Source of the DNA: Polyangiales bacterium
GTDB lineage: Bacteria > Myxococcota_A > Polyangia > Polyangiales > Polyangiaceae
NCBI GenBank assembly: GCA_038246305.1
Contig: JBBRRP010000009.1
Location: 1,076-65,075, forward strand
DNA: 64,000 nt
Direction: 5' to 3'
Shown here: piece by piece, positions 9,392 through 16,775 of the stretch
Layout: every line of letters begins with the position of its first letter
How positions within the stretch are numbered: the first letter of the stretch is position 1
Made by a program: the position numbers and the translations under genes
Notes under the pieces: generated by a model
The model's input: the letters and a program-made list of their open reading frames with translations, nothing else
The model's database searches: none
Told to the model about the DNA's origin: nothing

Positions 9392-10369
9392 TTACCTGAG
9401 CCCAGCTAGTGCCCCAATGCGGGAACTTCCACGCGTCGACCCGTCTGGAAGGACTCTACGGCCGCTAGCGCCAGCTCCAACGCCCGCCTGCCGCAAGTGG
9501 CGGGCACAGGTGGCGGTTCGCCATGCTTGAACGCTTTCAAGGTAACATCCATGGGCATCCAGAGTGTGGAAGAAGGAGCGGCCAGTATCGTTCAGGTAGC
9601 CGGCCTCCCACACCTTTCGAGCTTCTTCGCCGCCTTTCTGCAGCGAAAATGTTCTGAAAGTATCTTCTACTAACACCCGCGCTTCGCTTCCGTTGAGTTC
9701 GAGGATGTGGGTATCTCGATAGGCGAATGAGCTGTCGTAGCCCCCAATCATGCTGCCCACGGCGCCTGAAGCAAAACGCAAGGCTAACGCCACCGAACGA
9801 TAACCGTGCCCGGTAATATCGGTCTGTTCACACATGACCGAATGGATCGGCCCGCACAGGTATTCCAATATATCCAAGCCATGGCAGAAGCTTTCGATCA
9901 AGACCATGTGTTCGTGATTCGGCGCCCAATCCCCACCAAAACGCCACAAAGCAAAGGTGAGTGTTCCCAATTCGCCCGCTTGCATCGCAGCCTTCGCCAT
10001 TTGCACCGGCACCGCATAACGGTCAGCTCGTGTGCTTTCGCCGCGGCCAACAACGTGTCGGCTTCCTTCAAATCGAACACCAACGGTTTTTCGACAATGA
10101 GCGGGACTTTCGCCTGAAGCAGGCGCAGTGTGGGTGCGAAATGTTCGAGATTGGGAAGTGCGAGGATCACCAGATCGGGCTTCTCCACCGCGAGCATGTG
10201 GTTCGCATCCACCTAAGCGGTTGTTTGCCAGGCCTTCGCTTGTGTGGCCACCTTCGCCGGGTCACGCCCAACGATCGCCACAAGCTCAGTATCCTCGCGA
10301 GCTTTGAGGATTCGACAATAATTCTTACCCCAACCACTGCGCCTAGGCCCGCAACTCGAAGCTTTTTCA
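9392..10369 (-). pseudogene. Gfo/Idh/MocA-family oxidoreductase, disrupted (2 frameshifts + 1 in-frame TAG)
   Basis: Three track ORFs in three frames (10167..10406, 9898..10212, 9392..10012) together spell one oxidoreductase. The pieces read VKKLRVAGLG / RSGWGKNYCRILKAREDTELVAIVGRDPAKVATQAKAWQTTA-TAG-VDANHMLAVEKPDLVILALPNLEHF...VEKPL... / YAVPVQMAKAAMQAGELGTLTF... Confidence 0.7.
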
Positions 10370-11722
10370 CACCTGGCTGCTCTTGCCGAGAAGCTCCGGC
10401 AAGCAACTCATCCGTTCTGCAACAGCGCTGAGGCTCGTCTCGTGAAATTCGGCAAGCGACGTGTGGATCCGATCATTGAACGGAGACAGCCAGCGCTCCT
10501 TGAGCTTTTCGGGACCAAAGTACAGGCCCAAAATCGAGCCCACTGTCGCACCGTAACTGTCCGTGTCGTTGCCCTGCATCACCTGTTTACAAATGCCATC
10601 GCCAATGTCGTCCGCGAAACGCAATGTATTGATCAGCGTGCCGCTCTCTTGAAACACCCGGCAGTGGGAATATTCGGCATATTTCCCGTGAATTCTTCGA
10701 TAGCCATCCCAATAATCGCTCGCCTTTTGTACCTCGCTCAATGAATCGGAAACGATCTTGAAGAAGCGGCTCCGTCGAGGAATAAAACGGAGGGCCAACT
10801 CAAAGATTTCAAGCGGATTTTTCGCGACGGGCGCGACAGCAATGGCGGCGGCCGCGAACATCGACCCATAAATGCCATTCTTACGATGGGTGAGGCTCGC
10901 ATCGCGGTGGGCCAGCTCAACTGCTAGCTCGGGGTTGCCTGGGCAAGCGTAGCCGTAAGCATCGGCGCGGATCATCGCTCCGCACAGCTCTTCGCCGGGG
11001 TTCAACACGTCCGAGATATTTGCGTAGAATTCTTCAACCGGCAGAGCCGGGTCGCTCAGCATCGTCCGGGCGGCTGCAGCGACCACGAAGTTTCGCTCTG
11101 GGCCCCACGCCCAGTAAGGAGGGATATTGTTCAGCCAAAAGGTGCGCATGTGGTCGTGACTGAACTGCACGCCGTGCTTCTCCAAGATGAGCATGCCGAG
11201 GAGTGTATAGTTAATATCGTCATCCGCTGCTGCGTACGCTAACCTTTCACGACAGGTTTCAGTCGACGAAGGGTGGAAAGAATGGTTGCCTCGCAGGTTC
11301 AACTTCTCTGAGACATACTGAGCAATAGGCCACTCGCCGATCGCCGAAAATGCTGGCTCAAGCTCGGCCATGCTGGGATTCACCTCGAGGGGTTTTCCGA
11401 GTATACAGCCACAGACAGACCCAAGAAATGCCGTCCGAACGCGCTCTTTCGCGTCGGTGCCACCGATGGCTCGAAACTGTCCGCGTGGCCGCTCCGGATC
11501 CAATTCCTTGAGGACTTCTTCGTACGTGCTCGGTTCAACGTAAGGGAAATCGGTACGCATGGGCAGAGCAGAAAGCTCTTCGGCAAATGCCCAGAGCGCA
11601 TCGTAACTCGCAGGCAGGCTCGACAAGCGGTCGTCCAAACTCGAAGTCACATGACCCTGTTCGGTCTTGTTCTTAATGACGAGGCTTAAGCGTGCGCGTA
11701 TATCAGAAATGCGAGGCATCAT
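10367..11722 (-). CDS. ADP-ribosylglycohydrolase-family protein with an N-terminal extension of about 100 aa
   Basis: 451 aa. Motifs: AADDDINYTLLGM and GNDTDSYGATVGSILGLYFG (the C-terminal DTD motif of the family). The N-terminal motif reads GSVCGCILGKPLE instead of the usual G.avGDALG.P.E. Confidence 0.75.
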   Translation of the reverse strand: MMPRISDIRARLSLVIKNKTEQGHVTSSLDDRLSSLPASYDALWAFAEELSALPMRTDFPYVEPSTYEEVLKELDPERPRGQFRAIGGTDAKERVRTAFLGSVCGCILGKPLEVNPSMAELEPAFSAIGEWPIAQYVSEKLNLRGNHSFHPSSTETCRERLAYAAADDDINYTLLGMLILEKHGVQFSHDHMRTFWLNNIPPYWAWGPERNFVVAAAARTMLSDPALPVEEFYANISDVLNPGEELCGAMIRADAYGYACPGNPELAVELAHRDASLTHRKNGIYGSMFAAAAIAVAPVAKNPLEIFELALRFIPRRSRFFKIVSDSLSEVQKASDYWDGYRRIHGKYAEYSHCRVFQESGTLINTLRFADDIGDGICKQVMQGNDTDSYGATVGSILGLYFGPEKLKERWLSPFNDRIHTSLAEFHETSLSAVAERMSCLPELLGKSSQV

Positions 11723-11734
11723 GATCGTGATCTC

Positions 11735-12778
11735 CTAGTAGAGTTGACTGGTGGCTGGGTCGGTGTAGTAGAGAAACATTTCGGCCGCGTGCCAGGTGTG
11801 GGGCGTCGCCACCTTCAGTGGGATCAACGCTGGATCCGCGGAAATAAGCCCTGCGTAACGCGCCTCCGAAGCGTGAGCTTCCCAGGTGGTGATAGCGGGT
11901 GCTGGGCTCGCTAGATGTGGCGGCGGCTCCAAGAAGAAGTGTGCCTCTGCCCAACTCAAATACGGATAGCGCTTAGCCGTGTCGGGACTAAAGCGAGGGG
12001 CTAAGACGTGCTCGTCACGATAGGCCATCCAGAACAGTGCCGAGTAAGTGTCGACCACTGCTGGAATGGAATAGCCATCATCGAGCCCAAGCTTAGCTAG
12101 CCCATATTTCAGCCATTTTGTCTGGTAAACAGGGTGCTCAGCGAAATCGGAAAGGCCCACGAGGTGCCCGTCCCTGGTGATCCCCTCCGCAGCTTTCAGA
12201 ACGCGATCGCGCAGGGGATGAGAATTGGCTCCCAGCAAGCCGAGCATGGTGAGCACTTGCCCAAGATTGTCTGGTTCGGCGTTGCCAGCGTTGTTGCGAT
12301 CAAACGGGTGCACGAGCCCGTCCACCCACGCCTCCGCCATTCCAAGATTTTCGGTGAGCTCGAGCGCCAAGAGCACCATGGCTGCATCGCGATACCAAGC
12401 GCGTTCATAGGTCCACAAGTTCGGTACCGGCCCCCACGGCATGAAGTTCACCAGGAGCTCGCCGTGCAAAATTCGGAGCAATGCTGCTCGTGAATGCCCC
12501 TCAAACTTTGGCAAACGCACTCCGCTGCTGCGCGTTAACCATTCCCGCTCACCCGCTCGTTCGATGAAGACTCCCTCTTCATCCTCCGCGATCGTCACCC
12601 GGCCCGTACTCGTCTGGAGTTCAACTGCGTAGTCTGCGCGGTTAAGTTTTTCTTCGTGAACCCTGAAGGACGCAAGCTCCTCGCTGGTGAGCGCGTCGGT
12701 GACGCGGCCAGCCTGATACAGGATCTTCCGCCGGCGCGGCCCGAAACCGAACAGCTGAAAGTCCGCAAGCTTCTTCAT
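11735..12778 (-). CDS. Hypothetical protein, possibly (alpha/alpha)6 glycosidase-like
   Basis: 347-aa ORF, 12 bp upstream of and co-directional with the ARH-like gene. The only weak cue is WYRDAAMVLLALELTENLG, reminiscent of six-hairpin glycosidases. I recognised no firm family. Confidence 0.55.
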   Translation of the reverse strand: MKKLADFQLFGFGPRRRKILYQAGRVTDALTSEELASFRVHEEKLNRADYAVELQTSTGRVTIAEDEEGVFIERAGEREWLTRSSGVRLPKFEGHSRAALLRILHGELLVNFMPWGPVPNLWTYERAWYRDAAMVLLALELTENLGMAEAWVDGLVHPFDRNNAGNAEPDNLGQVLTMLGLLGANSHPLRDRVLKAAEGITRDGHLVGLSDFAEHPVYQTKWLKYGLAKLGLDDGYSIPAVVDTYSALFWMAYRDEHVLAPRFSPDTAKRYPYLSWAEAHFFLEPPPHLASPAPAITTWEAHASEARYAGLISADPALIPLKVATPHTWHAAEMFLYYTDPATSQLY

Positions 12779-12811
12779 TCGCGTATGCTACCATCCCTGA
12801 ATTGCCACAGA

Positions 12812-13645
12812 ATGAGCCATTCAAACATTAACCTTCGCGAAACGCTCATTCGCCACGACGCGCCCCAGCGTGGGGCGACGTCCGTCAAGTGCCCGGTGCT
12901 GGGGAGCTTAGGGATCGCGCAGGTGGGTTCCAGCGAAATCCGCGGCGGGTACGAAGTAGTACGACTCGATCCAAGCGTTGAGCACCTGACGGTCTGCTCG
13001 GTCGGTCACGGATTCTCACTGCAAGAGGGAGCCTGGGTGCCCTTCCTGGCCGGGAGTGTGGCGCTTTCGCCCGCACATGCGCCTCATGGCGCCAAGAGCG
13101 CGTCCATCGAGGACCCCTGGGTGATTCACTGGGTGGGCTTTGATGGCACACGCAAGTGGCTGAACCATCCGCATGCGCTGTTGAAGGCGGGTAGAGTTTC
13201 GTCGTTGGCGCGCGCGATTGATGGCCTGTTGGATGAGCTTGAGAGCGCTGCCGAAGAACCGCTGACGACAGCCTGGGCAGAGCTGGTGGCTCTAAGCGCG
13301 CGGCGGCTGTGTTCGGCGGCCACGATCGACCCACGGCTGCTCCGCGTTTGGAGTGAAGTGAGCGCCGAGTTGGCCAAGGAATGGACTCTACCTGCCCTCG
13401 CGCGCGTAGCGGGCGTGAGTGAAGGACACCTGCGAAGACTGTGTTACGACGCTTTCGGCTGTTCGCCTCAAGCGAAATTGCGCGAACTCCGGCTCGATCG
13501 TGCCGCTGCTCTCTTGCTCTCCAACGACGACAAAGTGGAAGCGATAGCCAGCGCCGTGGGTTTCACCAATCCATTTGCTTTCTCCACTGCTTTCAGGCGT
13601 GCAACAGGCGTTCCTCCGCGACAATTTCGGCGGGATCGCGGGTAG
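12812..13645 (+). CDS. AraC-family transcriptional regulator
   Basis: The C-terminal HTH region reads LPALARVAGVSEGHLRRLCYDAFGCSPQAKLRELRLDRAAALLLSNDDKVEAIASAVGFTNPFAFSTAFRRATGVPPRQFR. I chose ATG 12812 (alternative 12785) because the track start at 12656 overlaps the divergent gene. Confidence 0.8.
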   Translation: MSHSNINLRETLIRHDAPQRGATSVKCPVLGSLGIAQVGSSEIRGGYEVVRLDPSVEHLTVCSVGHGFSLQEGAWVPFLAGSVALSPAHAPHGAKSASIEDPWVIHWVGFDGTRKWLNHPHALLKAGRVSSLARAIDGLLDELESAAEEPLTTAWAELVALSARRLCSAATIDPRLLRVWSEVSAELAKEWTLPALARVAGVSEGHLRRLCYDAFGCSPQAKLRELRLDRAAALLLSNDDKVEAIASAVGFTNPFAFSTAFRRATGVPPRQFRRDRG

Positions 13646-13808
13646 GCGAGGGTTGACGGAGCTCCGCCTGACGCCCGACGCGCGCGGGCAAATTGCTGGT
13701 GGTGCCGGAGGCTCAAGCGGCGGTCAACTCGGGCATGCCGCGCTGTACGCGGACGCATACGCGTGTAAGTCTGCGGATCTACGAACAGGCAAGAACGTCG
13801 AATTAGAA

Positions 13809-13824
13809 AGTAAGCATGCTTACT
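13809..13824. promoter_or_regulatory. 16-bp perfect palindrome AGTAAGCATGCTTACT upstream of the SDR gene (candidate operator)
   Basis: Read directly. It lies 131 bp upstream of the SDR start, in the most AT-rich patch of the intergenic region. Confidence 0.4.
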
Positions 13825-13954
13825 ATCTCAATTGTCAATGGGATGGTATCGCCGGCGCCGTTGGAAGGGTTTCGGCGGTTTGCGCGATTAGACTGAGCCC
13901 AAAGGGCTGTTTCTCTTGGCCCAAGCCGGGCTACGCTTTCGAACGAGGTTCCAG

Positions 13955-14803
13955 ATGGGTTTGTTGGACGGAAAAGTTGCAGTCATTACGGGCGCCGGCA
14001 ACGGCATTGGACGCGCCACGGCGCTTCTGTTCGCGAAGGAGGGCGCTCAGGTTGTCGTGAACGATATCGGGTGCACACGCGATGGCACTGGCCAAGACAC
14101 CCAAGCCGCTGATCATGTCGTGGCAGAAATCAAAGCGCTCGGCGGTGAAGCCGCTTCCAATACGGATAGCGTGGCCACAGCTTTGGGCGCCAAGCAGATC
14201 ATCCAAACCGCGCTCGATGCTTTCGGGCGCCTCGACATCCTGATCAACATCGCCGGGATCTTGCGCGATAAAACCCTGCTCAAGCTGGAAGAAGAGCTGT
14301 GGGACGTGGTGATCGCGGTGCATCTGAAGGGCAGCTTCCTCTGCTCTCAAGCTGCGGCGCTTCACATGAAAGAGCGAGGCGGTGGCGGCCGCATCATCAA
14401 CACCACCAGTGTTTCCGGAATGCTCGGAAATTTTGGGCAAGCCAATTACTCGGCGGCCAAAGCGGGCATCTATGGCCTCACGCGCACCTCGGCGATTGAG
14501 CTTCAACGCTTCGGCATCACCGTCAACGCCATAGCTCCCATCGCCAAAACTCGGATGACCGAAGATCTGCCGATGTTTGAAAAGATAGAAAGCAGCCTCT
14601 CGCCGGAACACATCGCTCCAGGTTATCTTTTCTTCGCGAGCGAGCTCTCACGCGAGATCACGGGAACTGTCTTGAGCGTGGCGGGCGCGAAGCTCAGCGT
14701 GTACCGCATGCTGGAAAGTGCCGGCCGCTTCAAGGAAGCGAACGATGGAGTGTGGACAGCTGAAGAGATCGGCGAGCACTGGGATGGCATCAGCAAAATC
14801 TGA
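13955..14803 (+). CDS. Short-chain dehydrogenase/reductase (SDR) family oxidoreductase
   Basis: GKVAVITGAGNGIGRATALLFAKEGAQVVVND is a TGxxxGxG Rossmann motif. NIAG and YSAAKAG (YxxxK catalytic motif) are present. I chose the start at MGLLDGK, which has GAGG 8 nt upstream. Confidence 0.85.
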   Translation: MGLLDGKVAVITGAGNGIGRATALLFAKEGAQVVVNDIGCTRDGTGQDTQAADHVVAEIKALGGEAASNTDSVATALGAKQIIQTALDAFGRLDILINIAGILRDKTLLKLEEELWDVVIAVHLKGSFLCSQAAALHMKERGGGGRIINTTSVSGMLGNFGQANYSAAKAGIYGLTRTSAIELQRFGITVNAIAPIAKTRMTEDLPMFEKIESSLSPEHIAPGYLFFASELSREITGTVLSVAGAKLSVYRMLESAGRFKEANDGVWTAEEIGEHWDGISKI

Positions 14804-14804
14804 G
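14596..14804 (+). repeat. Direct repeat copy A (3' end of the intact SDR gene)
   Basis: These 209 bp recur at 19848-20050 with a few substitutions plus 1-bp and 5-bp deletions (my manual alignment). Confidence 0.9.
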
Positions 14805-14853
14805 CGGGTCTTGCGTTACAGGAGGCAGCAATTCTCGATGCCACGGGGGCTCT

Positions 14854-14864
14854 GGGGGGGGGGG
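14854..14864 (+). repeat. Homopolymeric G11 tract
   Basis: Read directly: ctct-GGGGGGGGGGG-cgct. It is the longest homopolymer I saw in the window. It lies in the intergenic region 50 bp after the SDR stop and 145 bp before the ATPase start. Confidence 0.95.
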
Positions 14865-14958
14865 CGCTATTGAAAACCGGAACGGGACCGGGCTGAACCA
14901 CCCCGACACTTCGACCGAATTCTGAAAGGCACGAGGCACAGTTGGCCAGGGCACCCCC

Positions 14959-15003
14959 TTGACCCGGAGGCACCGGAATTGTAACGTCTCACGTTAGGAT
15001 TCC
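14959..15003 (+). promoter_or_regulatory. Candidate promoter (TTGACC-N17-TAACGT) overlapped by an imperfect 13-nt inverted repeat
   Basis: TTGACC is at 14959-14964 and TAACGT at 14982-14987. The inverted repeat GGAATTGTAACGT-CTC-ACGTTAGGATTCC (11 of 13 pairs) spans 14975-15003 and ends 6 nt before the ATPase ATG. Confidence 0.25.
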
Positions 15004-15008
15004 TGGGT

Positions 15009-16190
15009 ATGTCATTCATCGCGCGCCGCCTCCGTCAGTCGATCGACGCGCACCTTGCGCGCATGCCGGCCGTGGTCTTGCTCGGCCCTCGTCAGGTCGG
15101 GAAGACGACATTGGCGCGGGCGATCGCCGCGGATCGAGGAGGCGCCGCCATGTACCTCGACATGGAGCGCCCCGCCGACCTGCGTCGCCTCGCTGACCCC
15201 GATGACTATCTGCGAGCTCAGGGAGGCAAGCTCGTAGTGGTTGATGAGATCCATCGCGCTCCGCAGCTCTTCGGGACGCTGCGCGGAATCATCGACGACC
15301 GGCGTCGGAAGGGTGACCGGGCCGGTCATTTCCTGCTGCTGGGCTCCGCTTCTCTCGACCTGATGAAGCAGGCGTCGGAGACGCTCGCGGGACGTGTTGC
15401 TTATGTGGAGCTGACAGCGCTTGATGCCCTGGAGGTCGGCACGAAGATGCGAGACGTGAATCGGCTGTGGTCTCGGGGAGGATTTCCGGAGAGCTTGATC
15501 GCCCGGAGCGATGCCGATAGCCTGGATTGGCGCCTGGCGTTCGTGCAGAGCTACTTGGAGCGGGATGTTCCGATGTTCGCCCCCCGAATGCCGGCCGAGA
15601 CGGTGGGGCGGCTTTGGACGATGCTGGCGCACAGCCAGGGAATGCCGCTGAACCAGTCCAGGCTAGCCGCGAGCCTCGCGGTCTCGACGCCGGCCGTCGG
15701 CCGCTACGTGGATCTACTCGTCGATCTGTTGCTGGTGCGTCGCCTGCGCCCCTGGAGCGGAAACATCGGGAAGCGATTGGTTCGCACCCCCAAGACTTAC
15801 GTTCGCGACAGCGGCATCGCCCACGCCCTGCTCGAGCTCGAGACTTGGGACGACGTCATCGGGCATCCAATCTCAGGACCGAGCTGGGAGGGATTCGTCA
15901 TCGAGAATCTGATCGCGGCCGCGGGCGCTCGGCGCACGCCTTACTACTATCGAACCGAAGGTGGCGCCGAGGTGGACCTGGTCTTCGAGCGTGCTGGAAA
16001 GGTCGAGATGGCGATCGAGATCAAGAGATCAAGCGCACCGGAGGTCTCGAAGGGCTTTTACTCCGCCCGAGAGGTGCTCGCTCCAAAGGAGGCCTACGTA
16101 GTCCACGGCGGCACGGAAACCTGGCCGCTCGGCGATGGCATCGTCGCCATTGCGCTGGGCGAACTCATGCGCCGTCTGTCGGGCGGGTGA
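15009..16190 (+). CDS. AAA-family ATPase with DUF4143-type C-terminal domain
   Basis: 393 aa. The Walker A motif is LLGPRQVGKTTLA and Walker B-like is LVVVDEIHR. The C-terminal part (...YYYRTEGGAEVDLVFERAGKVEMAIEIKRS...) is typical of AAA_14/DUF4143 ATP-binding proteins. Confidence 0.8.
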   Translation: MSFIARRLRQSIDAHLARMPAVVLLGPRQVGKTTLARAIAADRGGAAMYLDMERPADLRRLADPDDYLRAQGGKLVVVDEIHRAPQLFGTLRGIIDDRRRKGDRAGHFLLLGSASLDLMKQASETLAGRVAYVELTALDALEVGTKMRDVNRLWSRGGFPESLIARSDADSLDWRLAFVQSYLERDVPMFAPRMPAETVGRLWTMLAHSQGMPLNQSRLAASLAVSTPAVGRYVDLLVDLLLVRRLRPWSGNIGKRLVRTPKTYVRDSGIAHALLELETWDDVIGHPISGPSWEGFVIENLIAAAGARRTPYYYRTEGGAEVDLVFERAGKVEMAIEIKRSSAPEVSKGFYSAREVLAPKEAYVVHGGTETWPLGDGIVAIALGELMRRLSGG

Positions 16191-16235
16191 TCCCGAGGAC
16201 CGTCTGCGAGACGCCGTGGCAAGAGGAAGGTAAGG

Positions 16236-16775
16236 ATGCCCAGTGCCAAACTCACGAGCAAAGGTCAAATCACGCTCCCGAAGGTGATTCGAACCCAGCT
16301 AGGGCTGCGAGAAGGGGATCGTGTGACCTTCCTTCAACGCGCCGATGGCAGCGTTGTGCTGGAGGCGGAGACTGTGGATCTTCGCTCGCTCAGGAGTAGC
16401 GTTAATCCACACGTGTGTGAAGGGGGCAGAGCCTCCTCGGTCATCTGGCCTGGCATTTCCTCTACCTCATTTCGCGACTTCGATTGTCTTATACTCCCAC
16501 GAGCGACAGCGCGAACACGAATCTCAGTGTGCTGTTATTTCGCACGGCGGCCTCACGGAGCAGCGCTTCGGTTGCAGGGCGCGTTCACGGCTCCTTACGA
16601 CTCCGGCTGGATCTTGGCAAAATCCGCGACAGTCCCGAAAAGAGCACCGATCTGCATGAGCTGCCGCACTCGATTCTCGCGCAGCGCCTGGTCCTCCGCC
16701 ATGACCATCACCTTGTCGAAGAAGGTGTCAACGAAGGGCCGGAGCGGTACCACCTTCGCCATAGCACTCGCATAG
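16236..16775 (+). CDS. SpoVT/AbrB-type antitoxin N-terminal domain fused to a non-homologous tail (probably a truncated antitoxin remnant)
   Basis: MPSAKLTSKGQITLPKVIRTQLGLREGDRVTFLQRADGSVVLEAETVDLRSL is a typical AbrB/MazE fold, and there is a good RBS (GGAAGG). After about residue 53 (nt 16395) the sequence loses all resemblance. The ORF then runs 180 nt antisense into the 3' end of glyS. Confidence 0.5.
   Translation: MPSAKLTSKGQITLPKVIRTQLGLREGDRVTFLQRADGSVVLEAETVDLRSLRSSVNPHVCEGGRASSVIWPGISSTSFRDFDCLILPRATARTRISVCCYFARRPHGAALRLQGAFTAPYDSGWILAKSATVPKRAPICMSCRTRFSRSAWSSAMTITLSKKVSTKGRSGTTFAIALA

Noticed and set aside
15527-16399. 290-aa Arg-rich ORF overlapping the ATPase in another frame and running into the antitoxin gene
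   Set aside because: It has extreme Arg/Gly composition and no motifs. The overlapping frame encodes a clear Walker-A ATPase, so this is an alternative-frame artefact.
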